From the human T2T-CHM13v2.0 reference genome, Homo sapiens: 64,000 nucleotides of DNA. Below are positions 13,382 through 26,170 of the stretch, piece by piece. Each line of letters starts with the position of its first letter. Within the stretch, counting starts at the first letter, position 1. The notes under the pieces were generated by a model, which ran no database searches, had not been told where the DNA came from, and worked only from the letters and a program-made list of their open reading frames with translations. The position numbers and the translations under genes were made by a program. The stretch is taken from NCBI RefSeq assembly GCF_009914755.1, contig NC_060928.1. The stretch is one strand, 5' to 3'.

Positions 13382-13480
13382 CTGGTTATGAATGTCTTCT
13401 CATTAATGAAGATCCAAGAGGGGTACTGGTGAGCCATCATAGTCATCTTTTCCTCCTTTTTGAGATGGTCTGAGGATATC
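13382..13480 (-). CDS. RASSF6: RASSF6 exon 2 (99 nt), (R)[32 protein letters not shown](R); contains the start codon of the shorter MTMMAHQ isoform at 13446
   Basis: Acceptor ...catgtttag|GATATCC and donor ACCAG|gtaacc. Frame is open and continuous with exons 1 and 3. Confidence 0.95.
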
Positions 13481-15269
13481 CTAAACATGAGAATAATATT
13501 AATGATTTGTTCCTATAATGCATTAAAAAATTAGTTTCTGATTTAAGTTGAGTGTTTTGTTGTGTCTCTAGAGTATAAGAAGGTTTTAGAAAGTTTTTAA
13601 GTAGTATGTCATGTGTGAGCAAAAATACAGAAAAATGTATTATGTAAATGAAAAACTACAGAAACAGTAACTCCAGACACGGATGGATTGAACAATTTGG
13701 TAAGTCTGTTTTAGATATATTTCTAGCAAAATAAATATGACTCTATTGATTTATATAATTCTGTATAAGGGATCATATTCCTTCTATTGCAATAACTCAC
13801 CCAAACTGGCTGAACCTTGCCCCAATCAGCAGAACACAACTGCAATTCTAGGCAGCTAAAATCAAGCTCTGACTTGAAGAGTTGATTAGGTATGATGTAA
13901 TATTTTTCAAGTCTCCTTCAAGCTCTGGAAACTGTGGTCAGATGTGAATAATCTCCTCCTTTATATGTTCATATAAATGGCATTAGGGTGTGACCAGAGA
14001 TGTAAAGTATAATATTTTCTGTTCATTCCATTTTGCAAAAATTGAATATTCAGTTATCATGGCTCCAAGTCTATAAGATTTTAGGGGATAGAGCCAGAAT
14101 AAAAAAGATGGATGAGAGAGTTCAGTTTTCTTTTCTTTTTTTTTTTTTTTTAAAAAAACGTTGTGTATAAGGGGGTGGATTTCCTCCTTTTCCTTTCAAA
14201 TCTGGTTATTTGGGTTGGGTAAGATGAATAAAAATTAGGAAATTATATGTCCTAACTCTTCAGAGTACCAGGAAAAAAAGAAAACAGGAAAGCTATTCTT
14301 CTATTCTCATAAAATCTCTGATGCATATTTTTCTTTATAGCATGTTGTTAAACTCACTAGGTACTTTGTTACAGTTTTCAGGGTGAATGCTTGGCTGGAG
14401 TCTCATTTTAGGCTTTTATCATTCCGATCATCCCATCACCTATTTGGTCACAAACCATCTTGGTATCTTTCTTAATAAATACAGCCCAAGTCCCTTAACC
14501 TGACTCTCAAGTTTTCTTCAATTCCACTCAAACCTACCTTTCCAGGCTCCAAATTGAAACATTTCTTCAACACCAGGCCTTGTAATCTAATGAAATTTCA
14601 TGTCATTGAGTCTTTTCTCACCCATTTCCCCTGGCAGCAGAGGGCCCTCCTCACTACAGGTCCAGATATCTGGTCCCTTTTAGTCCCCAGTGGGAAATCT
14701 TAAAGTCTCCCCATGTCCTTTGAATCCACACTGTTGTCATCATTCTGCTTTCTACCTTGTATTGTCATTATTGATTTATACCTTACTTTCTTTTCTATTG
14801 CTATCTTCTTGCTCAAAGAATGGTGCTTCTCTAGTTGGAAATGGCATCCTCTGATAGCACATCATTGGCAGGTCTCATGCAGGACACCTGGAGGACTCAT
14901 ACCAGAGACACAGAAGCTTAGTCACCAGGCAAAGTAATTCTATACGTCAGAAGCCACATGGGCATTTTATGCTGCCTTGGGCACACAGACACAACATGCT
15001 CCATGAGCCCAGTGAATCCCAGTTACTTATTCACAGGATTTGGTCTGGGCAACTTGGTTATACAGGTTACACAGGTTCCTCCAGCTTCTCAAACTTGAGT
15101 TTTGCCCCTGGATTTGGTCATTCTAATAACCCACCAAAAGGGTTATTAATGTCCCCGACTGAAATCCCCCAGTGATGACCCTGGGGTCCAAACACTTCCT
15201 TCTTCCTCCTGGGTCCAGATTATTTATCATATATTCCTTTAATTTAGCCCTACCTCCACCTCTCCATCC

Positions 15270-15928
15270 ATGTTCCAAGAGCCTATACCTTGCCAAAGAG
15301 TTCACTTCTCTCCTCATTTCTCGGCCTCTTAGCAACATTTGACAAGATTGATTTTCCTACCTTTTAAAACACTTTCTTCTTGATGCTTTTGAGACAAACC
15401 ATGAATAACAATCACCTCACTCTATTTTCCTGCTATCTCACAGGCCTCAACACTAGTCTCCTTTGCTGATTCCTCCTTTGTATGATCACTAAATACTGGC
15501 TTGTTTGAGTGTCCATTCTCAGCCATCCTTTCTTCTCTATCTATACATTCTTCCAGGTAATCGAATCTGTCTCCATCCCATAATCTCTGTTGAGCTCCAG
15601 ACGCATGTCACCACCTACCTAATCTCTACTTAGATGTGTACCAGGCATCTCGATATCTACATGGCTGAAAAAGAACCACTGACTTTCTCCCATGCTCTAA
15701 AATTTCCTCCTCCACAATTCTTTCCCATCTAGGCATCAAAACTAATATTTAGTCTCATTTTTTCCCTCTTTCATCATAAGCCAAATTCAATCCAAAAGTA
15801 AGTCCTATTCACTGTACCACTAACATATTCCAAATTCGAAAGCTTTGATTTCCACTGCTACTACCCTAAGCCAAGCCACCATCATCTTTTTCCTGGATTA
15901 TTGCGTCAGCCTACTAGAGGGCCTCCCT
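15270..15928 (+). mobile_element. L2
   Basis: agcaacatttgacaa...tgagctccagac...aggcatctc...ccaccatcatc...ctggattattgc. Confidence 0.7.
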
Positions 15929-16175
15929 CTGTTGTGGTCTGAATGTTTGTGTCCCCACAAAACCTAGATGTTGAAACTTAACCCCCAATGCAATAGTATT
16001 AACAGGTGAGGACTTTAGGAGGTGATTAGTTCATGATGGTGGAGACTTCATGAATGTGGTTAGTGCCCTTATAAAAGAGACCCCAGAAGCTGCCTGGACC
16101 CTTCCACCATGTCAGAGCATAGCAAAAAGACCATCTAAGAACCAGACAGCTTGCTTCCCTCACCAGACACTGGGG
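15929..16175 (+). mobile_element. MaLR LTR (MLT1A/MST-like), 5' part
   Basis: tgttgtggtctgaatgtttgtgtcccc...ggaggtgattag...ttagtgcccttataaaagagacccca...ccctcaccagacac. Confidence 0.85.
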
Positions 16176-16607
16176 ATATTTGGAACTGAAGAACCACTGA
16201 TAGCAGCTTCTTATAATTACAAAGTGAAAATTGGCAGTGATGGACTGAAAAATCATTGCAGTAGCTTTCCAACTGGCTCACTCTTTATTTGCATTCATAA
16301 GAAATATCAAAGATATCATTAAAGAGGGCAAATAATTGCAATGTAGTTATAGTGACACACTGTTGATCTATGCTGAGGTAACTCATAGCCAGCTTCAGAA
16401 GACTTCAGAAGATGTGATGAAAGGGTTTCCAAGGCTCTTATATTATTTTCTGACTTTAGGAAGGAAGACAGTTGAATATAATTTAATGTAAGAAAATAAA
16501 AACAGGATAAAATTTTCATTCATAGGCAGCACATAATATTTGAGTAGGAAATAATATTATTCATGTCTGATCTAAAAATTGGGTAAATAAAATATTCAAA
16601 CAGTTTA

Positions 16608-16907
<300 letters not shown>

Positions 16908-17861
16908 TCAAATAGTTTTTCATCCTCATCTTCCCATTCCCATTCACCATGATTCATAGCAAACTAAAACCTGCTAGGGCCCTTGTGAAAATCTCCTAAA
17001 TTATAAAGACTTGGTAGATAGATATAAGCATCTGAGCAAATTTTCTCAAGGACTTAAGAGGAGAATAACAGAGAAGTCATGAATAGCAAAGAGGGAGAGA
17101 ATTTATGAAGAAAGAAAAAATTACAGTTCTAGAAGCCTGGAGGTCTTACTTGGGATGTTCAGTAATTTTGGTAGAACATAATAAACTACAACTTGAGGAG
17201 GAAGATGGTTGTTACAAATCTATGTAGGCCCTGGGGCCAGAGATTATTGACTTAGATTGTGTGTAAAATAAGATCATTATTTAATAAGTTTGGTTATTTA
17301 CTTTTTCATTTTGTCCAGAAACAATGAAGCTGGAGAAACAGGGAATTAGATAGGTCAGCAATTAAGTCCTGGAGAAATCAACAGCACTAGAAGTATAGGA
17401 GAGGTAGAATTGGTCTGAACAAGCCAATGAGATCTGGATGGAGCCTGAGGAGGCAGTGTTGGGCAGCATTAGCGTTCCAGCAATGCTGGAACGTGGTTCA
17501 CCTCCCCCTGCTCTGCATTCCTGCCTAGAGGTGGGCTTGCCTGGACTTACCAGTTGCCTTGTGACCAGAATGAGGCCAGAGGACAGGAAGTGAATTCTAG
17601 TACAAATTAAATCAAATGGGTCAGTCATTTAAAGTAACTTCCTGTTATCCAACCATGAGTTAATTAAATGGTTACATATCTAAAAGTGGAAAATTGGGTT
17701 CACTCGTTTGTAAATTCAACAAATATTTCACGAGTTCCTTCTCTGCACCTGCTACCGTGCTAGGCACAGAAAGTATAGCCTGTATCTATATCTATAGCCT
17801 CTTATTTCTGAGGCCACAAGGTGCACAAAGTGTCATAATGCTAATGATTTTACAAAGAACT

Positions 17862-17881
17862 AATATATATACATATATCTA

Positions 17882-17924
<43 letters not shown>

Positions 17925-17935
17925 ACATATATATA
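17862..17935. repeat. (TATC)n tetranucleotide STR flanked by (TA)n
   Basis: About 10 tandem TATC units. Confidence 0.95.
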
Positions 17936-19956
17936 CAGGTGCTAACTTCCCTGTATTTCCCAGCCAAAGACAATTTCTCTTGCTTCTGAAATTTCACAGG
18001 AAATTTTCTGTAGCTTTCTAATTACTTACTGCTTTCTCTCTCTAACCATATTTTATTTTACTTAATTTGATTACTAGGTCCTTTAGGACAGAATTATTGC
18101 TATTTCATTTTTGTGTCTTCTAAAGTGAGTGAATATATGCAGGCATATAGATAAAACATACACAAAATATTGAATACATCCAACATACAGAGAGGTATAT
18201 TATAATATTAATGGTAAAATTAAGAGCTAAGAGATTATGTGTGATAATTATTTCTCTTTTTATTTTGTATGTACTGTCTAAATCATAGACAAGGAATATA
18301 TGTTACATCTCTCTCACCCACGTCCCCAGTAAAAGCTACTTAAAAAAAGAACAGAAAGTATCACACTAGAATAGCAAGTGTGTATTTCAATTATGAGATA
18401 AGAGTATGTTAAGGGCTGTACACACGGAGAGTCTTTTTAATAAAATATTGTTTCAGCTTGAAGAAGCAATAGAAAGTTACAATTATGTATTCATCTCCAA
18501 AACGAAACTGTTTTCTCAAAGTTATGACCTGGAACCTTGGAGTAGAGAAGAGCAGAGTTATATGCAATTACATCACTTCAAGAAAATGAGACAAAGCATC
18601 TATAATTCCATCCAGTATCTAGTTCTCTCAAAAAAGGAAAAGAGTTAACAGAGTGATGGTTTCTGGGAAACATTTGGCTCCATACTTTTTCTTAAAATGT
18701 GCTTTATTTGCAGAGACAGTAAAGGTCAAGAGTTGGCATATATACAAACTATCACTTAATTAAGTAATATTGGTTGCAGTCAGTGATTGTTGGTTTTGAG
18801 ATAGAAATAATGTATTATAATCATTGAATCTAAGAGAGGACTAAGCAGAATATGAATCAAACACACTTCTATGTGAGCATGCCACTGCCCTCAGTTCAAG
18901 TGGAATCTAATTGGAAATGCCAAAACTTTACTGTTCTATTGCATATTTACATGGTACTAATGCCATGCATTTTATTCTGCTCAAGGTGCCCTTAGGGAGA
19001 TAAAGAAAGCAGAAACGGTCAGAGAAGCAAATTTGTATTAAGGCACTTAAGGCATCTTGCCACCACTGGGTCTGGGAGGCGCTGCTCAGTCTGCCGACAG
19101 CATCTTCTGGAATTACTGGTGTGGTGGAACTCAAAAATTTTCTGCTTCACCTGAGCTTCCCAGTAGAAATTCTTAGGCTGACGTCACAAAGATCACGACT
19201 CATTTTTCCTGTTTGTATATTTGCTGCAAAAGAATCGACACTCTCTCCTCTTAAGCTCCTTTACTAGGCTCTAGGTGATGATGAAGTTTTCCTTTAAGTT
19301 AACATCCTTATTACTTAAATAGGAGACACTTCATGTTCTACTCCTGAAAGCAGTGGTATTAGTTAAGTTTGGTTGTTGAGATTATGTTATGAAAGTGATG
19401 AAATCACTATAATTTATCATTTTAAACATACAAATTAATTTTTGCAACAGAATAACTCTCTAACTGTAATGTGAAAGGAAAATATTCAGAATTCCTTTCT
19501 CAGAGGTTGTGTTTTCAAATGGCCTATACTTGAATATTTTAAAAATCTAAGCTTTTATATGAAGCCCATGTAACTCTAGTAACCGTGAATTCCCCACCTA
19601 CATTGCAATCAATGAATCTATATAAGCAAATGGACTGTCAGCATTGGGTTTCTATCTCAGTTAAAAGTAAAGGATCCTTCTTATTTTAGGAAATTAAAAC
19701 AAGAATCAGGTATAGAACTTTTAATTACATGCTTAAAAGACTTGTTACATACATGTTACACTATTTTGAATATAACTGGAAAAGTTAATTTTTTCGTAAT
19801 CATTGCTGGGTCTCTCTGTGTCACTCTTTTCTCTCTTTCTCTCTCTCTCTGATTGACCACAACATTTAATAGTTTATAATAAAATGTTATACACGTGAGA
19901 AATAGTAAAATAAATGTAAATTCAACACAATATTCTAATGTATAGATATAAAGTTG

Positions 19957-19957
<1 letters not shown>

Positions 19958-19998
<41 letters not shown>
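19958..19998. repeat. (TATC)10 STR
   Basis: Direct reading. Confidence 0.95.
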
Positions 19999-19999
<1 letters not shown>

Positions 20000-21264
20000 A
20001 ACAGATTTTAACTAGAAAGACTTCCACCCAGTTACGGTTAAGTAGATTAATCTCAAATCAATTTCAAATATGGTTAAATAAATTTATCTCAATTGGGGCT
20101 ACTATTCTTTATTTAGACATATGTCTATCAATAAATATAAAGGCAAATAACTTTGTTTAAGGATGTATAACAATATGGAAATTCAGCATAAAAGCATATT
20201 TCCTCTTTGAAAAATCTTTAATGAATATTGGAACCCTAACTTATTCTAATTCAATTTGATTCCTTTATAAGTTTTTAGCTAAACTGTACTAAACACAATC
20301 AGACCCCAGAGGGAAATAACATAGTAAACTTCAGTTAGGTTGGGTTTAGAATTCTATCCACAATTCTCCAGTCAATATCTAATTGTAAGCACACTGAAGA
20401 ATTTCAACTCTGCAATTTGAAAAAAGAATCCATTAAAACACCAATGATATTAAGTTAGAGTATACTGCAAACTCTTTGACTGCTTTATTTAATAAAATAA
20501 CAAGATAAAAATGAAGTCAATGGAAATTACTAGTCATAGACACTAAGTTGGTCCCCTCAAGAAAATTAGCAACATTAATAACTAACAACATTGACAAAAG
20601 TGCCCTTTAAGTGAAACTTCATAAAATAAAGCCACTTTCCTGTAATTTAAGCTTAAGAGGTAGAGACTGACAAAATACAAGTATTATTCCTTCATGTCTC
20701 TTGTCCATCAACACAAATTAAAAACAGCACTTCAATACAAACAATTCAATATGTGCTGAAATATAAAGACATGGATTATATGGTCTAAATTGATGAAAGT
20801 TATTCAAAAGCAGTCTCCTTTATAAAACCCAAATGGCATGAATTCCACAATATGAGATTGTGTGTAACTCTCTTACTCTAAAATTCTATTTTCTTTTTAG
20901 GAATAACAGATTAATGTAAATGTGAATTTTTCAAAAGAAAACTGATTGAGTAGCAAATATGTCTGAATTTGCCACCACATACTCTATCTGAAAAATGGAA
21001 AGAAGCCAGGTCATTTCGTTGCTACCCAGAGAGATGATCCTAGCACACCTGTCACCTGCTTGCCTGTCCTGGATCCAGTCTCCGGGAACCAGTTCAATTC
21101 CAGCATCCTAATACACACTGTCTGGTCTCCCTAGTTCAGCTTGCCCTCCCTGATAACGGCCCCTTTGGCAGAGCAGCTTATTCTTAATGCTAACAGTAGG
21201 TATCACTTACAGAACACTTGCTGACTGTTCAGTTCCCATCAAAGAAAGCCTTATGTGGCAGATC

Positions 21265-21397
21265 CTTTGATGATGCTTGTTTTACAGACAAACGTTTGGG
21301 GCTTAGGTTAAGAAACTTGAGAGGGGGCAAACTAATAAGTGGCAAAGCCGAGCTTTGAACCTACCACTCTTCTGCTTCAGAATTCATATCCTTAACT
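21265..21397 (-). mobile_element. MIR
   Basis: ttttacagac...ggcttaggttaag...aagtggcaaagccgagctttgaacc...ccttaac. Confidence 0.65.
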
Positions 21398-21959
21398 CAT
21401 GCACTCCCATTTAATTATTTATGTTTATTATTTCATTGTTTGGTGAGCGCTTATATTGAAAATTCATTTTTTTTTTGGTGGGGGGCATGCTTTCTGTCAC
21501 TTTGCAGAAACAAATAAAAGTTGAGCTGAACCCTCAATTAAGATCTTTCCAGTGCGATGATTCAACACAATATTCTAACCATAAGGATACTCAGAGGAAG
21601 GAGGATGCCATCCAGAAGTCTAATATCTTTGTAAGGCACGATTTTTGCCAGGCACAATTACAGGTGAAGGGCTCATTGAACTAAAGGGAGGAGGGGTCCT
21701 ATGGTCACATTTACCTCCAAGCCCTTCTCTGCACCCTTTCCCTCCCTTCTTTCCCCTCTCTCCCTCCCACCCTACAAGCTTACCTTGGTTAGGAAAGCAT
21801 ATTCTGAGAAAATCAAAAGGAAAAGGTATGTGTGCGATTCAGGCTGCTATGACACACACACACTTAACTTTGCTGCCTATGGATTCTGCTTTCTAATAAC
21901 TTGCCCTCAACATGACCCCAGGGAGTGGATTAGAAAGTTTTTTTCCCCATCCCCATTTT

Positions 21960-22340
21960 TTACCTGTTATTCACACTGTGAGCAGGAGGACCCTTTTCAC
22001 CATCGTTGTTGGGCTGAACTTGCTTCGCGGTTTGTTCTCGGCTGGGTCAGGAACTCTGGTAGAGGGAAACCAGTGCCCTGTCTCTGCCGGGCTGGGACTC
22101 CGCGAGTCACTCACCTGTAGGGGAGGTCCGAGGCCCGCGCGGGCGCAGGGGCGGCGCCTGTCTCCTCCCAGAGCATGGCTCAGCTGGGCGCTTGCAGTGC
22201 CCCCGACGCGATCAGCGATCCTAGAGCCCCAGGAGCTGTTAATTATTTCTCCTTTTCGCCACAGCAGGGAAGTGTCAAGAAACCTGAGCCACTCCCTGTG
22301 CCTCAGTGCATGTTGGGAGTGTTTACTTTCTTAGGAACAG
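21960..22340 (-). promoter_or_regulatory. RASSF6 CpG-rich promoter / first-exon region
   Basis: Only non-Alu CpG-dense, GC-rich patch in the window (ccgcg, gcccgcgcgggcgc, GGGGCGG GC box at ~22148). It surrounds the coding first exon. Exact TSS not determinable. Confidence 0.8.
22115..22176 (-). CDS. RASSF6: RASSF6 coding exon 1 (long isoform start), MLWEETGAAPAPARASDLPY + AG
   Basis: Minus strand reads GCCATGCTCTGGGAG...CCCTACAG|GTGAGT: ATG at 22176-22174 and a consensus donor (GT at 22114-22113). 62 nt, phase 2, in frame with exon 2. Peptide recognised as RASSF6. Confidence 0.93.
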
Positions 22341-22619
22341 CTGATAGGTACACTCCTTTGCTCTCTGCCACACTTCTTGAGAAATGAATGGACATTCTAG
22401 TTAACGCTTTAACCACGGGATTTGACTGATGTTAATCTCTATTCTCTAGTCCACCCAGACTGTAGGTAATTGGCCTGTGAGAAATGACACCAACCAAGAC
22501 TGAACGCCATTATTCACGTCTTTCTTTTTAAGATTTTTCTTTTCCAATTTGAGATTTGTTAACTTTCTTTTCCTTGTTATTTTGCTAACACATTTCCCTG
22601 CTAGCACTTTTTTTCACCC

Positions 22620-22790
22620 AGAGCAGCGTTTCGCGCTTCAGGGTGCACCAGGACCACCTATGTATTCTGCTAAACCCAGGTACCATCAACTGTGAGACTC
22701 TGATTTAGTAGGCCATGCATACACTTCGGGTATTTATATTTTTTATAAGCTCCACAGAAGAAACTGGTAGACATCAAAGTTTGAAAATGA
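22620..22790. mobile_element. MER5-family element in the proximal promoter
   Basis: cttcagggtgcaccaggaccacct...gactctgatttagtagg...tattttttataagctcc...aaagtttgaaaa. Confidence 0.55.
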
Positions 22791-22848
22791 ACATAATGAA
22801 ACAAAACAGAGGAGATAAATAATAATTTAGTCATTATCTACTGAATTA

Positions 22849-22938
22849 GATTTGGGGGCTTTGTTTTATCCAATATCTCCAATTTCAAAAGGACACCAAA
22901 AAGGCTTAGAAACTGTTAAATGACAGATGCTGTGGAAA
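22849..22938 (+). repeat. 90-bp dispersed direct repeat, copy 1
   Basis: gatttgggggctttgtttt...caaaaaggcttagaaactgttaaatgacagatgctgtggaaa; matches 23932-24022 with about 6 differences. Confidence 0.93.
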
Positions 22939-22948
22939 TATGAAGTAC

Positions 22949-22952
<4 letters not shown>

Positions 22953-22998
<46 letters not shown>
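22953..22998. repeat. (AC)23 microsatellite
   Basis: Direct reading. Confidence 0.97.
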
Positions 22999-23001
<3 letters not shown>

Positions 23002-23267
23002 TTTTTAAGGATCATTGTTATTTTACTGGTTTCCTATGTAAAGCAACTATTCATAATTTTTAAACATAATAGGTTATTTTACAAGTGTAAACCTGAGAGC
23101 CCTCAAAAGAAATTCAATCTGATTCCTGCAAAAAGTTCAGCAGGCAGAGTTAATTTCTAGTATCTTTCGTGTTCAAACGCCAGACAAACAGAATGACTCT
23201 AGATGTTCAGGTTGCATGTTTGTCATAGCACTTTAAGTAGCATCCTATATGTTCAAAAGGTGAGGCA

Positions 23268-23554
<287 letters not shown>

Positions 23555-23931
23555 TATTAGGCAGTTTATCTATTTAATCTGTGGTGTGCGGAGACCAGGA
23601 ACTATCAGATTTATCATTATTTGAGCAAATGGTTTTATTGGATCACAATCAAAGATTTTACAATCTTATGTAAGGACAGATGTGACTTAGTATTACTTGC
23701 AGATATTAATTCGATCATCATGTTGGCTCCATAACTCTCTGGTATGTGGCTGCTGGTATGGACTGACCTTTGAATGATGACTAGCAGGACCTAGAGTAGT
23801 TACAGCTCTCGGTTCCAGGATATCTTGCTCAAATCCATGCTCCACCTCCATTGTCTGTGCTTGAAGTGGGTCATTTGCTTATTGTCAGCATCAGGGCAAC
23901 ATTCTTTTGCATCTTTTATCTGCAAGCATTG

Positions 23932-24022
23932 GATTTGGGGGCTTTGTTTTTTGCCAATACCTCCAATTTCAAAAGGACTCCAAAAAGGCTTAGAAACTGT
24001 TAAATGGCAGATGCTGTGGAAA
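23932..24022 (+). repeat. 90-bp dispersed direct repeat, copy 2
   Basis: See copy 1. Confidence 0.93.
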
Positions 24023-24129
24023 CTTTTACTCTGATGACTGCTTTCCAACTGGTTTTCTAAAGAAAAGTAAACTTAGAGGCTTAGTGACTTCGTTTTTTAG
24101 TGTTTTATCTGTTTGTAAATATGTAATTT

Positions 24130-25190
24130 TTATTTGATAATATAAAAAGTATATAATTGCACATATGCAATGTGGAAAATCTGAAAAACACAGAAATGTA
24201 GAGGACAAAAAGCACCTATAATTCCATCTCTCAAGTATAATCATCATAAACAATTTGTTGAATGTCTTTATTGACTTATTTTCCCTGTGGCTGTTTATCA
24301 AAATGCTATTACATTTGGTTTGTTGGTTTATAGCCTGCTTTCATCACATCAAACGTAGTATGAACAATTTACTATAAATCAGTCACTTTTTTTCCTGCAA
24401 TGTAATTTTAACTAGCTGCTCTGTATTGCACCAAATGAAAATACCGTTACTTATTTAATTATTATGATAAAGTTATACTGTTATAAACAACACTGCAGTG
24501 AATGATTACATATGATTCCACACAAGCATGACTACACCTTTTAGATACATTTCAAAAATTGAAGTTACCAGATGTAAGGCAATGTGCATTTTGAAGAATT
24601 TCCCTGCTTAAAAAATCTTTGTCAGTTTTATACTCCCAGGGCAGCTAACATGGGTTATTATACTTCTTTTAAACATTTATTAATTTGAAACATAAAAAAA
24701 TCCATATCTTATTTTAAATATATATATTATCGTACCTGTAAGTTTGGGCTCTTTAGACTTTGCACTTTTGCTTTATTGTTTATTGGACTCTTTGCTCATC
24801 TTTTTTCTTATTGATTTATAAATTCTCTTTATATATTAAACATATCAACTCTTCATCATATATGCTGTGACTATATTTTCAAGGTGACTTGTTTACCTTG
24901 CAGTCTTGTCTATGGTATTTTTGACATATAAAAGTTTAAAAATGTAAATGGTCGAATCTATTATTTTTCTTTATCAGTTACATCAGTTTTATAAAAGCTT
25001 TCCCATCCTTAAAGAATGTAAAAATGCACATATATTGCTTCTTCTAGTTTTTCTAAGATTTAGATATTATTTATTTATTAAATTGAACATTTTAGCCCAT
25101 CTAGACTTTATTATGTTAATACACCATGAAATTTAGATCTAACTTAATTTTTCTAAGTTATTAGTTTGTTAACTGAGTCATGTTTATTAA
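24130..25190 (-). mobile_element. Very old L1M (L1ME/MC-like) remnants
   Basis: ttattgatttataaattctctttatatatt...tattttcttctagtttt...ccatctagactttatt resemble antisense ORF2/3'UTR. Confidence 0.55.
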
Positions 25191-25199
25191 ATAACTATA

Positions 25200-26170
25200 G
25201 ATTATAAAATTTATGAAGGCAAGGACCTTCATAAATTCATAATGTCTTATTCTCTATTTTAACCACTAAGCTTAGCACAGTGACTGGCAGGCCCATGGTT
25301 GCTCAGATCAAATGTTTAACTAGCACTCTTGATTTCTTTCTTTCCCTCTTTCCACGCCCAGTAAATGAGCAAGTCCTGATGTTGTATCTCCATGGCTACC
25401 ACCTTACATCAGGCCAGCATCATCTCTTGCTTGGATACCACAAATGACCTCCGAACTGGGCTTTATGCCTCCCCTCTTATCCTACTACAGTCCATTCTCC
25501 ACCTGTGGCTAGCGTAATCTTTTATAAGCAATATCCAGACAACAATACCACTTCTGATTTTCTTGGTTTAAAGGCTTTCTAGTGGTTGCACCGCACATCT
25601 GGAATAAAATCTAAATCTGAACTGCTTACCATGCCCTACAATGCCCCACATGACTGGCTCATCCCTGCTTCTTCGACCTTTTTGATTTTCTGCTTCCTTG
25701 GTACTAACTCTAAACTTGCTACCCTGGTTAATTTTTATTTCTGGAACAGACTAAACTTCTTCCTGTCTCACTGCGTTTGTATTTATTATTGATTCACTCA
25801 AGAAAGCTTTGCTCTGGTCATGGGTAGTTTCTTTTCATTACTATGTTTTTTTCCTCAAATATTACCTCCTTAGAAAAGCTTCCTATGACGACTGTATTCG
25901 AAGAAGACTTCTGATCTTTCTCTATTATAGCACCTTGTTTTATTGTATTTGTGGCAATTATCATTAGCTAATTATGTTTTATTGTTTGGGGTTACCTCTT
26001 TATTTTATGTCTCCTGTCATTAAAATATAAACGCTAAGAGATCAGGAACCTTGACTTGTAGGTTCACTCCTCTATGCTTAGTGTCTAGAACAATGTGTGG
26101 TCCCCTGAGGGTCAAGAAACACTGGGTCAAGAAAAAATAGTAACAATAAATAAGCGTTGAGTAAATAAAT
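25200..26170 (+). mobile_element. L2 fragments
   Basis: gaaggcaaggacc...cttagcacagtgactggca; catcatctcttgcttgga...tccattctccac; 3' end at ~26170. Confidence 0.7.

Noticed and set aside
21701-22387. Plus-strand ORFs (139, 140 and 70 aa) over the CpG region
   Set aside because: They are antisense to the real exon, and GC-rich DNA lacks stops. No recognisable protein.
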